From positions 102,114,001 through 102,178,000 of the forward strand of contig NC_086105.1 in assembly GCF_963921235.1 (NCBI RefSeq): 64,000 bases of DNA. Direction: 5' to 3'. This document shows, one piece after another, positions 11,601 through 23,835 of this stretch (its first letter is position 1; each line of letters begins with the position of its first letter). Source of the DNA: Mobula hypostoma. Its lineage: Eukaryota. The notes beneath the pieces are model-generated. The model was not told the DNA's origin, did not search any database, and saw only the letters and a program-made list of their open reading frames with translations. Position numbers and translations under genes: made by a program.

Positions 11601-14600
11601 ATCACAAGTTACGTTGCCTTTTCATGATCTCATACATTATTTCTCTTTTTGTGTTTGCTCTGTTCATGACATCCTCATTAGATATTTGTTTCGTCCATGA
11701 TATTCTTTGCATCCTCCTCAAAAACCACATCTCTGCTGCTACAATTCATTTCCTAGATTTTGTCCAACATTCTGAGCCATATAACATAACTGGATAAACA
11801 TAACATTTCAGTACTCTGAGGCGGGTTGTCAGGCCTAGTTTAGTATTGGTCAGTACACTCTTCATTCTCATAAAGGTGTCTTTTGCCATCCCTGTTCTTC
11901 TTTTGATGTTCATGTCACACCTGTCATCTGAAGTCACCCAGCTTCCGAAGTAGCAGAAGTTCTGTACTTGTTTTATGTCTTCCCCATTTATTCTAAGCCT
12001 GCAAATAGGATTCTCCTTCTTTTTGGATATCACCATACATTCTGTCTTTTTGCAATTGATAGATAGACCCATTTTTGCACTTTCTTCAACAATTATGTCA
12101 ATAAAGTTTTGTAGTTCTTCCTCCATACTTGCAATTAACAATGTCATCTGCATATCTGAAATTATTGATGTTTTCACCACCAGCTTTGATTCCCAAGATG
12201 TCTCTTATTTTTTGTAATATTGTTTCACTGTACACATTAAAAAAATCAGGGGAGAAAACACACCCTTGTCTAACGCCTCTCTTGATTTTCGTAAACTGAC
12301 TCACTTCTCCATCTATTCTTACAGCTGCATTTTATTCCCAGTACAGATTTCTGATTAGGCAGGGGTCTTTTGAATCTAGATCTAGAGTTTTCTGTAATAT
12401 TTCAAATAACTTATTGTGCTTCACTTTATCAAATGCTTTTGTGTAGTCCATTAAACAAACAAATCTTTTTGCACTTGAATAGCTCGTTCTGATGGTATCC
12501 TTAACATCAACAGTGCATTTCTTGTACCTTTGTCTTTCACAAAACCATTGTTCTTTACCTATTTCAGCTTGTATCTTACTTTTAGTTCTTGTCAACAAAA
12601 TTCTTAGAAGTATCTAGGTTTTTGATTCTTTCGTTTTTTAAGTTTTACTTTTACATGACATACTACTGGGTTATGGTCATTATTACAGTCTGCACCTGGA
12701 TATGTTTTGCAATGAGTCACTGAGTTTCTAAATCTTTGGTTTATAGTAATAAAGTCAATTTGATTTCTAGTGTTATCAGCCAGACCAGACTCTTCCAGGT
12801 CCACAAGCATCTTGGATGCTTTTTAAAGTAGGTATTCATAATGACCAGATTATTCATCTTGCACCATTCTACCCATTTCTCATCTCTTTCATTTCTTTCC
12901 CCTAGTCCAAATTTTCCTATGGTATTTCCATCAGCATCTTGTCCTACTTTAGCATTTAGATTCCCCATGACAATAACCATACCTTGAGATTTGCATCCAT
13001 TCTTTGCTTGTTCAAGCTCTTCATAGAATTTGTCTATATCCTCATTTCTTCTATCTGTTGTTGGTGCATATACCTGTATAATTGCTAAATCAAACGGTTG
13101 TCCTCTGAATCTAACAAGGAGCACTCTTTCTGATATTGCCCAATGTCCTAAAACACTTTTTGCCATGTTTTCATCCATAAGCATTCCTACTCCGTTAGTA
13201 TGGGATGTTCCACAAGAATAAATTAGTGTTTTATTTCTATTCTGACATGTTCCAGCACCAATCCAACGAACTTCGCTAATTCCCATGATGTTCATCTTTA
13301 GTCTTTCCATTTCATTTATCACATTGTCCAATCTTCCTGCTTGATATAGGGCTTTTACATTCCAAGTGGCAATAATTTTCTTTTGTGTTACTTGAATTTT
13401 ATGAGCAGTAGCTTGGTGATGGTTGGGGATCCCCTGCTGACCAGAATCAACCCTACCGAGTGAAGCATCTTCAGAATTGTCCTGAAGATGCTCTTGACGC
13501 TGTTGCTGTGTGATACACGTCAAGTTTGACCTTGATTTTGTTAGCAAATTGCAACGGTGGTTTGCTATTGCCTACCGTTGGGCAAACTAAAGAAATCACC
13601 ATTTCTCTTCCCAAATGTTCATCTGCCTGTACTATAGCCGTTGACATTTGAGGTCCTAGCTCATCTGCCTTTTCCGTCATAAGTTCAGTTACTGAACCTG
13701 CCAGATCTGCCGTTGGCCTTCGCTCGTATCCTGAGCAGGAACCCTTGCAGGTGTTACCGTTCCGGGTCAGAGCGGCCCTGGGAACAATGAATGACTAAGG
13801 GGTAACTCCACTTTCCCCAAAGCTCTGAAAGTCCCCAGTCAGAGCCTCATCACCGGTTGCAGTTTAGAGTCATATCCAGGACAGAGTACTGCAATACAGT
13901 ATTGTTAAACAGCTATGAAATCATTTTACCTTCAAGTAGTTGTTTCCTGACCATTTTAAGTTATTTCGTAACTTAATAAAGTAGACCTTTTGCAAGAAGT
14001 GACATCAAATGTAGCCTATTTTGTTCTCACCATAACTACATTATGAACTCTACTGCCAAAATCTTCTCCCACGGATATTTCTTGGTTCTATTTGCCGAGT
14101 TTCACACATCTTATTTTGATGTACATATTAATCTTTGTGAGCTCCCTAAAATCTGCCTACAGGACCCAATTTCTTCCTTCCACTTAACTCAACAAATCAT
14201 GAGCTCTAGCTCTACCTCACTGTCCAAATGCAACCCTCTATCCTTACAAACTCTCAACTTCACAAAACGTTTTGCAGCCACTGTAAGATCCCTAATCCTA
14301 TTACAAGAGGAAGAAGTCATCCTAGAATCGCATTTGCAGCCACTCCCTTAATTATAGAATCACTTTTGCTTTCCTGTTCTTCCTCATTTACTATACACCT
14401 GAACTATCTATACTGGCATGATTTTGCATTTATTCTGAGCAAAGTGTAGGTATGGGACTCCTTGATTGCTTGTTGGTTACCCACTCTCTGACTGTCTGCA
14501 AGTGAGAGGTGTCCACTTCCTGAAAAATCCTCTCTTCTAATGCCTAACCTAGTGAATAGATTACAGTGATATCAACTGCTATTGAAAATTCAAAGCCAAA

Positions 14601-17386
14601 ACCTTGGACACACAATGGATTCCAATTAAGTGGGATACATCAGGACCAGTACATTTTGGCCCAATTAAGCTGCTGCCCCAATTATTCAAGATTCATAGAA
14701 ATAGCTTTAAAAAAAGACAAACTACCGCTTAACTGAGTTACAAGTACTGTATTTAAATGAAATTCAGAACAAATTAGAATACTTCCAATATTACTACAGT
14801 ATTATAAAACATAGTTCCTAATAATTATTGCGGAATCCACGAAGTGTACGCTGCCGTGTTCTTTTGATTGCCTATAAATGAACAAACTCCAGTGCACACA
14901 CCTAGTGCAGATAATGGATTGCCTTCATTGCCTTCCTGCATATAGTGTCAAAACTCACTGCTTTTTAATTCGGCGTCGGTTGGCCTAAATAAATAACAAA
15001 TATACGCAACTGGTGCTATTTAAATCTGATCGCTCCAAGCTTGATGTAGTGTCTAACGACCACATAAGTGCACATGACTGAGGCTAGTTAGAAACTGTTG
15101 GATCCTCCAAATCTTCATTTTCATTGTAACAAACAAGATTATTGTAGATACATTCAAATTCTTCATAGTTCCTAATTTGCTGAAGTACTGAAGTTGTTTC
15201 ATTTTCACTCCCAGCAGTTTATGACATCTCCAAGCCTGAATGCTTGAAATCACAGTGAGCAAAACAGTTCTGAATTGTCTTACTGCTTATTTCAAGCCAG
15301 CTATCAGTGACAAAAATAACTGATTTTTGAACACAGACAGATGCAACTGACACTATTTAAAAACTGTTTGCTCTAAGCATGATGTGGTGTCTAATGGCCA
15401 CAATACGTACACACAACTGATGCTAGCTAGGGGTTGTTCAGCAACAGTCTCCTGTCCCAATTCAGCAGCATAGTGAATGGTGAGAGGTCCTGGTAGAGTC
15501 AATGTGGAGATGATGTTTCTTACGGTGGGAGAGTCTAAGACCAGCGGACACAGCTTCAGAACAGATCCTTTTAAAAGATCTTATCCTTTTAGAACGGAGA
15601 TGAGGAGAATATTTTTAGCCAGAGAGTGGTGAATCTGTGGAATTTGTTGCTACAGATAGCTGCGGAGGCCAAGTCTTTAAGAGTACTTAAGACAGAGGTT
15701 GATAGATTCCTGATTGGACAAGGCACGAGCGAATATAGGGAGAAGCCAGGAGACTGGGGCTGAGCAGAAAAATGAATCAGCCATGATGAAATGGCAGACC
15801 AGACCCAATGGGCCAAAGGACCTAATTCTGCTCCTATATCTTATGGTCTTAATTTACATTAGTTCACTCTGACATTTTAGAGTGACTATTTATGCAGCAA
15901 AACCAGAGCATTTGAGGACAAATTGAATTTGCTAATTCAGGGCAAGTAAATATGCAAAAATACTGTTTTTGAAGCTCAGTTAAAACAGATAACAGTGACT
16001 TCCTCTTCAGCTCCCACATCATACATGCAAACTAAGAAATTTTATAACTCGAGGCCCTCGAGTTGGGGTTGACCATGGACGTAGCGTTGCAGCTGTCTAT
16101 GTGATTCACAAACCAGGGCAGTACCATATGGAGAGCAAGCTGTTGCTCATGTAGCAAGCTTCACCTCTTTGTGCACCTGATGAACCCAATGGGCAACAGA
16201 GACCAATACATTTTGGCACCAGCAGCATCACAGGAGATGCCAGTGTTGAATTCAACATAGGACTGCCTTAAGGACTCCAACTCTGGACTTTTCCTCAGGG
16301 TTTACTCCCAAAGCCTTGGCCATGAGCAGGTAGAGCCCCAAGGCAGTGGAGGTTTGAGATCAGAATTTTCCTTCTCCCAGATGAAATGTCAACCAGGCTG
16401 ACAAGCCCCATCTGACCAAAGCAACTGGCTTTATAGTGCCAGTAACTTGTCTTTGCCCCTTCTCCTATCAGTAGAAATAGTTTCGCTGGGGTTAGTAGCT
16501 AAGCCACACATGAAGCAAGGAGCTGGACTTGGTCATCAGAGGCTATTTGAGATGCACGCCATAGAGAGCATTTACTAGGTAGTGGGAGCTTATTCCCACT
16601 GCCAACCTCGGCTGTAACAACCATAAGGAATCAGACACAGATGTTTATAAGAAGATGCAATGGGTATATGAGAAATGCAACTAAATTTCTTGGGAAAGGT
16701 GCTCAAGTAAAACAATTAGACACCTGTCACACAATACACAATGTATCATTTTCTCTTCTGGGTCTTTGTATGACAATTTGCTGTTCTACAGACCTAAACA
16801 TGTAGAATGAGGTCCAACATATGATTGGTACCGTGATAAGGCCAAATTCAGTTCCAGTTAAAGGTTACCAGTCATGGACACCAGCTGCACGTACGAAGGA
16901 ATTTGCCCATCAAGCAATTTTCACAGACACAATATGCTCTCCATTAAAATCTCTAAATCCTCTGTGATCATAACCTCAATCGAGAGTAGCTAATCTAATC
17001 AACCAGTCTGCACTGGAATAAAAGCCTCACCACCAACTCATGGCAGGCTTCTCTTATGTGTCCCAATCAACACATTCCTGTGATTTATCTTCAAAACAGG
17101 AATGGTGTTTATTATGTTAATGGCACATGATGCATGGGCCTTATGCATAAGAGAGTTTTACAGCGAAGAACTTCAAATAAAAATTCTATTGCCCCACTCC
17201 ATATACACATTATTAATTTAACATACTTTCCTGAGGCCAGTCTATTTCTAAGCTCAAGTCTCAACAGAACATTTTCTTACCAACATAATTTTGGAAGCAG
17301 TTCCTAGTTTGGTTTTGATTAGGAAACCTTGCATCAAAAGGAGCAGTCTTATAGTTCTTCAGCTTGTCATCAATGGTGTCTGCCAT
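5571..17386 (-). CDS. cox6b: cytochrome c oxidase subunit 6B; CDS complement(join(5571..5624,5861..5961,17281..17386)), 86 aa
   Basis: Spliced translation [90 protein letters not shown] introns, coding exon lengths 106/101/54 nt, Cx9C-Cx10C pattern, Kozak GCACCATGG. The paralog number (6B1 or 6B2) cannot be resolved by eye. Confidence 0.96.
5861..5961 (-). CDS. cox6b: cox6b coding exon 2 ([34 protein letters not shown])
   Basis: cag acceptor at 5962-5964; gtaagt donor at 5855-5860. Confidence 0.96.
6054..7482 (+). mobile_element. Tigger/pogo-type non-autonomous DNA transposon (internally deleted transposase)
   Basis: TA TSDs at 6052-53 and 7483-84; imperfect TIRs CAGGTGTCTCCC / CAGGTTTCCCCC. 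HTH start [28 protein letters not shown] joined to an acidic C-terminus (ORF 6383..6673). A second copy lies at 47463-49012. Confidence 0.9.
7490..8382 (+). mobile_element. CR1 LINE 3' fragment (RT C-terminus + 3' UTR)
   Basis: [36 protein letters not shown]; tandem-repeat tail. Confidence 0.93.
9400..10692. mobile_element. palindromic PLE-pLTR element split by an RTE insertion (halves ~9400-9453 and ~10520-10692)
   Basis: pLTR sequence stops at ~9453 and resumes at ~10520; an inverted pair of hammerhead-like cores lies at 10537-10618. Confidence 0.7.
9455..10519 (+). mobile_element. RTE-clade LINE 3' fragment, with a short minus-strand LINE tail inserted at ~9756-9880
   Basis: [36 protein letters not shown]-terminal C..C..H motif; GATGATGA tail. 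Confidence 0.85.
11394..13884 (-). mobile_element. RTE-clade LINE with 5' UTR, APE endonuclease and RT; central deletion near 12610
   Basis: [51 protein letters not shown]; (TGA)n tail at 11392-11406; imperfect TSD AGTA(T/C)TGCAAT at 11383-11393 and 13885-13895. Confidence 0.92.
14613..15475 (-). mobile_element. Tigger-like DNA transposon remnant
   Basis: Reverse-complement similarity to 26351-26870; degraded transposase C-terminus; boundaries approximate. Confidence 0.65.
15476..15850 (+). mobile_element. CR1 LINE 3' fragment
   Basis: [12 protein letters not shown]-type C-terminal motif and CR1 3' UTR with tcttatggtctt tail. Confidence 0.8.
16050..16630. repeat. interspersed repeat (RTE 5'-UTR-like), copy 1
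   Basis: Colinear with 37740-38245; family assignment tentative. Confidence 0.7.
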
Positions 17387-17391
17387 GGTGC
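17281..17391 (-). CDS. cox6b: cox6b first coding exon (ATG at 17386)
   Basis: tttttcag acceptor at 17392-17399; gtaag donor at 17276-17280. Confidence 0.96.
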
Positions 17392-17881
17392 CTGAAAAAA
17401 GATTTGAAAAAAAAATTTTACAGAACATATTTCTAAATTTTTTGTATCTGAAGAAGAATAAACACAAAATGCCATCTGGATAACAGGATATCAAAAAGGC
17501 TCTGCCACTTTCACTGAAGGAAGCTGCTACAGGTGTCTTTCTGCATGTCAAATTCAGTGGCCTGCTGCTAAGCCTCTCATTCCTCTTCACCTCTCATTTC
17601 TCTTTGAGTGAATCTAAACAGGAAGCCTAGATCACAGCCAGAGTAACTGCCACCAACATATGTGTAACACAAGGCAGGCAGTCACAGGTCCAGCTGATAA
17701 TTGGAGATCGTTGTTCCTTTCGAATATTTTTTGAGTAAAGCCATCATGACAATTTACCAAGAAATAACATTAACGAAATGACAAAAACAAGATTCCCTCC
17801 AACCAGCAGATCTTAACCATTTGAACGTTTAATGTATCTTAAGTATATGAAAGCAAAATAAATCAAACTCCAGCTTAATAA

Positions 17882-19856
17882 CGCGAACACGAGGAAATCT
17901 GCAAATGCTAGAATTTCAAGCAACACACATAAAAATTGCTGGTGAATGCAGCTAACCAGACAGCATCTATACGAAGCCGTACAGTTGACGTTTCGGGCCG
18001 AGACCCTTCATCAGGACTAACTGAAAGGAGAGATAGTAAGAGATTTGAAAGTGGGAGGGGGAGGGGGAGATCCGAAATGATAGGAGAAGACAGGAGGCCT
18101 TATTCTGCTAGACGGAGCAGAGTGGTGGTAGAGGGGAATCCAAAAGGAAACGGAGAGCTTTAAGACCTTCCTGGTGGGGGATGGAAGTATATAGGGACTG
18201 GACATTACCACCACTCTGCTCCGTCTAGTGGAATTAGTCCTTACTCTTAATAATTTCTCCTTTGGCTCCTCCCACCTCCTCCAAACTAAAGGTGTAGCCA
18301 TGGGCACCCATATGGGTCCCAGCTATGCCTGCCTTTGTGTTGGCTTTGTGGAACAATCCATGTTTCAAGCCTATACTGGTATCTGTCCCCCACTTTTCCT
18401 TCGCTACATCCACGACTGCATTGGCGCTGCTTCCTGCACGCACGCTGAGCTCGTTGACTTCATTAACTTTGCCTCCAACTTTCACCCTGCCCTCAAGTTT
18501 ACCTGGTCCATTTCGGACACCTCCCTCCCCTTTCTTGATCTTTCTGTCTCTATCTCTGGAGGCAGTTTATCTATTGATGTCTACTATAAGCCTACAGACT
18601 TTCACGGCTACCTGGACTGTCTCTTGCAAAAATGCCATCCCCTTCTCGCAATTCCTCCGTCTCCGCCGCATCTGCTCTCAGGATGAGGCTTTTCATTCCA
18701 GGACAAAGGAGGATGTCCTGGAATGAAAAGCCTCATCCTCATCCTTTTTTAAAGAAAGGGGCTTCCCTTCCTCCACCATCAACTCCGCTCTCAAACGCAT
18801 CTCTCCTATTTCACGCACATCTGCTCTCACCCCATCCTCCTGCCACCCCACTAGGAATAGGGTTCCCTTTGTCCTCACCTACCACCCCACCAGCCTCCGG
18901 GAGGTCCAACATATTATTCTCCGTAACTTCCGCCACCTCCAACGGGATCCCACCACTAAGCACATCTTTCCGTCCCCCACCCTGCTTTCCGCAGGGATCG
19001 CTCCCTACGCAACTCCCTTGTCCATTCCTTCCCCGCCCATCCCTTCCCATCGATCTCCCTCCTGGCACTTATCCTTGTAAGTGGAACAAATGCTACACAT
19101 GCCCTTACACTTCCTCCCTCACCACCATTCAGGGCCCCAGACAGTCCTTCCAGGTGAGGTGACACTTCACCTATGAGTCGCCTGGGCTGATATACTGCAT
19201 CCGGTGCTCTCGATGCGGCCTTCTATATATCGGCGAGACCCGACGCAGGCTGGGAGACGGTTTCGCTGAACACCTACGCTCTGTCCGCCACAGAAAGCAG
19301 GATCTCCCAGTGGCCACCCATTTTAATTCCACGTCTCATTCCATTCTGATATGTCTATCCACAGCCTCCTCTACTGTAAAGATGAAGCCACACTCAGGTT
19401 GGAGGAACAACACCTTATATTCCGTCTGGGTAGCCTCCAACCTAATGGCATGAACACTGACTTCTTTAACTTCCGTTAATGCCCCACTTCCCCTTCGTAC
19501 CCATTATTTTTTTTCTCTCTCTCTCTCTCTCTCCTTTTTCTCCCTCTGTCCCTCTCACTATACCCCTTGCCCATCCTCTGGGCTTCCCCCCTCCCCCTTT
19601 CTTTCTCCCTAGGCCTCCCGTCCCATGATCCTCTCATATCCCTTTTGCCAATCACCTGTCCAGCTCTTGGCTCCATCCCTTCCCCCTCCTGTCTTCTCCT
19701 ATCATTTCAGATCTCCCCCTCCCCCTCCCACTTTCAAATCTCTTACTAGCTCTTCTTTCAGTTAGTCCTGACGAAGGGTCTCGGCCCAAAACGTCGACTG
19801 CACCTCTTCCTATAGATGCTGCCTGGCCTGCTGCGTTCACCAGCAATTTTTATGTG
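17882..19856 (+). mobile_element. 5'-truncated Neptune-type PLE (RT, Cys-rich linker, GIY-YIG) with inverted 5' pLTR/RT segment
   Basis: RT motifs QTKGVAMGTHMGPSYA, RYIHD, LPFLDL; linker CKWNKCYTC; GIY-YIG LIYCIRCSRCGLLYIGET. Segment 17882-18205 is in reverse orientation. 13-bp TSD TCCAGCTTAATAA at 17869-17881 and 19857-19869. Confidence 0.93.
17982..18019 (-). ncRNA. minimal hammerhead ribozyme motif, sense to cox6b pre-mRNA
   Basis: TAGTC-CTGATGA-A-GGGTCTCGGCCC-GAAAC-GTC-AACTG; one stem I mismatch. Confidence 0.65.
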
Positions 19857-20115
19857 TCCAGCTTAATAAGTAATTATTTCAAAATACCATTACCCAGGAT
19901 GTAAATACCTTCATTTGAATTCAAAACATGTTGAAAAATAAAAAATATGGGTGGTATAAATTTAACCAACACTTGACAATTCAAACATGAATCAATACAT
20001 ACAGTATTATCAAAGAAAGATTACTATTTTAGGGATTTGAAAGAAATAGATTCCAAGCTCTACTTTTATGTTATTTTTCTAGTACTTACGCAAAACCCCA
20101 TCTGACTATAGAGCT

Positions 20116-20214
20116 CAAACACGAGAAAATCTGCAGATGCTGGAAATTCAAGCAACACACACAAAATACTGGTGGAACGTGTGGAGGCAGCGTTCCACCA
20201 GCATTTTGTGTGTG
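20116..20214. mobile_element. 99-bp hairpin insertion made of PLE pLTR termini
   Basis: 13-bp TSD TGACTATAGAGCT at 20103-20115 and 20215-20227; inverted arms cacacaaaatactggtggaacg / cgttccaccagcattttgtgtg. Confidence 0.8.
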
Positions 20215-21099
20215 TGACTATAGAGCTAACTGCACCTCAAACTACATCGAATGCTCTGGTGTGTACACAGGTAACTGCAGTGATGATAGCACTTTTACGA
20301 GGGTTCACTCTGTGAGTTTTGCACCAGCGATTTAGTAATGTTCCTCCCCATTTTAAATAAACGTAAACTGGCAGTCCTTTGAGGGTGAATTTTATTACAT
20401 GATGGCTCAACGCAGTTACGCTTAATTGGATTCTGAGGCCGCGAAAGATTGGGCATAAAAGTCTAGCCTTCTTGCTCCTTTTTTAAACCATTCATCAATT
20501 TCGTATGCACCATTCTTTATGCATACGGTAGTTCCTGTTTACAGTTCGCTATTCGCGTATCAGTTTTAACACCCAGTGACTGGAATCTCTGGCGCCACCA
20601 CCTGATTCATATGTCCACATAAGGTCATTTCCCCACAAGGAACAGGAATCATGATCTATTTCTTAATAATTTACCGTATAAACCATGAAATCAAATGCCC
20701 GATCAAAATCCCTCCTATTAGTTCGGAGCATGGCAGTTGTGAAAAGAACGTCATTCCGTTCCGCACTCTTTCAAAAAGCCAAAACACCAAGTGAATTTTA
20801 AGTTTTGTCAACACTTGCAGTAAGGTTGATTCGCAAAAAAAGATTTCATGTTTAAAAATTCCATCTAGTTTGAACCCGTCTTCCTTAACTCTTATCAGTA
20901 AAACTGCCGATTCATCCTAGCACTGTTGTAGTACGTTTCTAGGACACGCAAGGGCAAACTAAAATTACGCAAATTAAAATTCCAGGATGGGATGGGTAAT
21001 TCTGGACTATGGTCCTTGGGGCTATCCGGTTAACAGCCGAAGTGTGGGGCATCCCATTCCTCACACTATTAGGTCGAGGGCCCCAATTTCTCAAGGTCA

Positions 21100-21990
21100 T
21101 TGTTCAAGTACAACCGCAATCGATTGTCAAACACACGGCGCCAACCCCTATCCTCGAAAGGTGACCCGAGTGTCTCCCCGGGACCCAGTCCACCTACCCC
21201 ACCAGGAGAAACATCAGAGCCACCCACTCCCACCCCACCCTTCCCCAGGAGAAACATCGCGAATCGTTGGACTCACGGCCGTCTCAGCTACAACGACTCG
21301 CCTTCACTTCCTTCCTCACCGCTGCTGCCCGACAACCAGCTACAGCTCCGTGCGCAGTCAACAATACTGCATGCCGGAGCAGGCGGGGTACGGAAGGGGC
21401 GGGGGTTGGGGTGAGGATGGAGGGCGCAGGGCACAGGGAAGGGAGCAGCCGATGGTGGCGAGGGGAAAGGATGAAGGTCGACGGGGATGAGGGGAAGACA
21501 GGTGGCGAAGAGAGGGGGATGGCGAGTGGACGGGTTGAGTACAGGAAGGTTAGAGTGGGCGTACAGACCAGGTAGTCACTAACTCACGCACCTGCCGGTC
21601 TCAATTTAACCCAACTCCTGAGAGCGGTACCTTTCCCTGGCTTCAACTCGCTCTGCGTCAGTTCTCCGCCCCCGGCTGCCTACACTACGATCAAGTCCAA
21701 GCGCAAACCGGAAAAGGCGCGACGGCTGCAAGCCGCCTGGGACGCGAGGTGGCGGCGGGCGCCACGTGCCGGACCGGTTCGCCGTCACCTTCCCACCAAA
21801 GCGGGGCTTGGCGGCGACGGCGGCGGCGGCGGGAACAAAAAAACACCTTCAAGCCGTTGGTTGGTTTCAAGGAGCCCCGCACCGCACGTGGCCAACGGTG
21901 GGGTGGGGGGGCCTCGAACTCTCCGACCCCACACCCAGACCGTCCGTCACCGGAGGACCGGAGGCGCCCGCCTGGTGCCCACAGTTCCCT
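21100..21990 (-). promoter_or_regulatory. CpG island promoter of cox6b with ETS/GABP-like CCGGAA (~21708) and CACGTG E-boxes (~21763, ~21885)
   Basis: Sharp local rise in GC and CpG in otherwise AT-rich DNA, upstream of cox6b. Confidence 0.8.
21588..21680 (-). other. cox6b: probable non-coding exon 1 of cox6b (TSS approximate)
   Basis: GTGAGT donor at 21582-21587 inside the CpG island; the first coding exon has an acceptor 5 nt before the ATG, so an upstream exon is required. Confidence 0.65.
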
Positions 21991-22704
21991 CTCACACAGT
22001 GGTATTTTGTGCCTAGTGTTAGCTGAAAATGAACCCGGAAAAAAGGTCCGCAGATGATGGAAATCCAAGGCAACACACACACACAAAATGCTGGAGGAAC
22101 TCAGCAGGTCGGGCAGCGTTTTGAAAATGAACCTCCCTCCCACCCAAAACCAAAACCATGAGCACCATTGCAAGTTAAGGATTCAAGCTTGTCAGCATCT
22201 TTGCTACCCATTCCCAACCATGCTCCCATGTCCACAGGGCCAATTAAAACAAATCTATTTAGAGATACAACACAGAACAGGCTCTTTTGACCCAGAGAGT
22301 GGAATTGCCCAGCAATTAACCCATTTAACCTAGTCTAATCTCAGGACAATTTACAATTACCTTGTCTCTTTTGGTCTCTGCATCACTGTAAATAAAACAG
22401 TGGACGATATACCATTAAAGTTCACAGGCTTCCCAGCTATCTCAACCTCCTACCTCATCTGGAAGGATTCCCATCAATTTCTCTCATTTACTGTTCTGGC
22501 CGTGAGACTTTCCACAGTAGTTTTTCTGGTTAAGTCTTTTTCCTTACCTGTACCCTTCCTTACACTGCAGTTGACAGGACTGCATCCGAGCCCTGATGCA
22601 AGGTTTCAACTGAAACAGATAATCCCACCTATGCTGATTGACCCAATAAATACCTCCAATAGATTGTTGCTCCAGATTCTGCAGTCTCATGTCTTGTTTC
22701 AACA

Positions 22705-23835
22705 GCTTGTTTCCAGGATGAAGGAGATGTCCTTTTTTAAAGAAAGGGGCTTCCCTTCCTCCACCATCAATTCTCTTCTCAAACGCATCTCCCCCATTTC
22801 ACACACATCTGCTCTCGCTCCATCCTCCTGCCACCCCACCAGGAATAGGGTTCCCCTTGTCCTCACCTACCACTCCACCAGCCTCTGGGTCCAACATATA
22901 ATTCTCTGTAACTTCCGCCACCTCCGACGGGATCCCGCCACCACTAAGCACATCTTTCCCTCCCCCCCACTTTCCACAGGGATCGCTCCCTACGCGACTC
23001 CCTTGTCCATTTGTCCCCCCATCCCTCCCCACCAATCTCCCTCCTGGCACTTATCCTTGTAAGCGGAACAAGTGCCACACATGCCCTTACACTTCCTCCC
23101 TCACTACTATTCAGGGCCCCATACAGTCCCTCCACGTAAGGTGACACTTCACCTGTGAGTCGGCTGGGGTGATATACTGTGTCTGGTGCTCCCGATGCGG
23201 CTTTCTATATATTGGCGAGACCCGACGCAGACTGGGAGACCGCATTGCTGAACACCTACACTCAGTCCGCCAGAGAAAGCAGGATCTCCCAGTGGCCACA
23301 CATTTCAATTCCACCTCCCATTCCCATTCTGATGTCTATCCACGGCCTCCTCTACTGTCAAGATGAAGCCACACTCAGGTTGGAGGAACAACACCTTTAT
23401 TCTGTCTGGGTAGCCTCCAACCTGATGGCATGAACATTGACTTCTCAAACTTCTGCTAATGCCCTACCTCCCCTTCGTACCCCATCCGTTATTTATTTAT
23501 TTATATACACACATTCTTTTTCTCTCTCTCCTTTTTCTCCCTCTGTCCCTCTCACTATAGCCCTTGCCCATCCTCTGGGCTTCCCTCTCTCCCCCTTTTC
23601 TTTCTCCCTAGGACTCCTGTCCCATAATCCTCTCATATTCCTTTTGCCAATCAAATGTCCAGCTCTTGGCTCCATCCCTCCCCCCTCCTGTCTTCTCCTA
23701 TCATTTCGGATCTCCCCCTCCCCCTCTCAAATCTCTTATCAACTCTTCTTTCAGTTAGTCCTGACGAAGGGTCTCGGCCCGAAACGTCGACTGTACCTCT
23801 TCCTAGAGATGCTACCTGGCCCGCCTGCATTCACC
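22705..23835 (+). mobile_element. PLE 3' fragment (RT thumb, linker, GIY-YIG, pLTR)
   Basis: FFKERGFPSS, RVPLVLTYH, IYCVWCSRCGFLYIGETRRRLGDRIAEH; colinear with 18740-19856. Confidence 0.92.
23756..23793 (+). ncRNA. intact minimal hammerhead ribozyme motif
   Basis: TAGTC-CTGACGA-A-GGGTCTCGGCCC-GAAAC-GTC-GACTG; predicted cleavage 3' of 23788. Confidence 0.8.

Noticed and set aside
17261-17590. 109-aa ORF suggesting an N-terminally extended COX6B
   Set aside because: The extension is intron sequence upstream of a strong acceptor at 17392; the ATG at 17386 has a good Kozak context.
20987-22173. Cluster of 60-167 aa ORFs on both strands
   Set aside because: Pro/Gly/Arg-rich ORFs expected from stop-codon scarcity in the cox6b CpG island; no recognisable domain.
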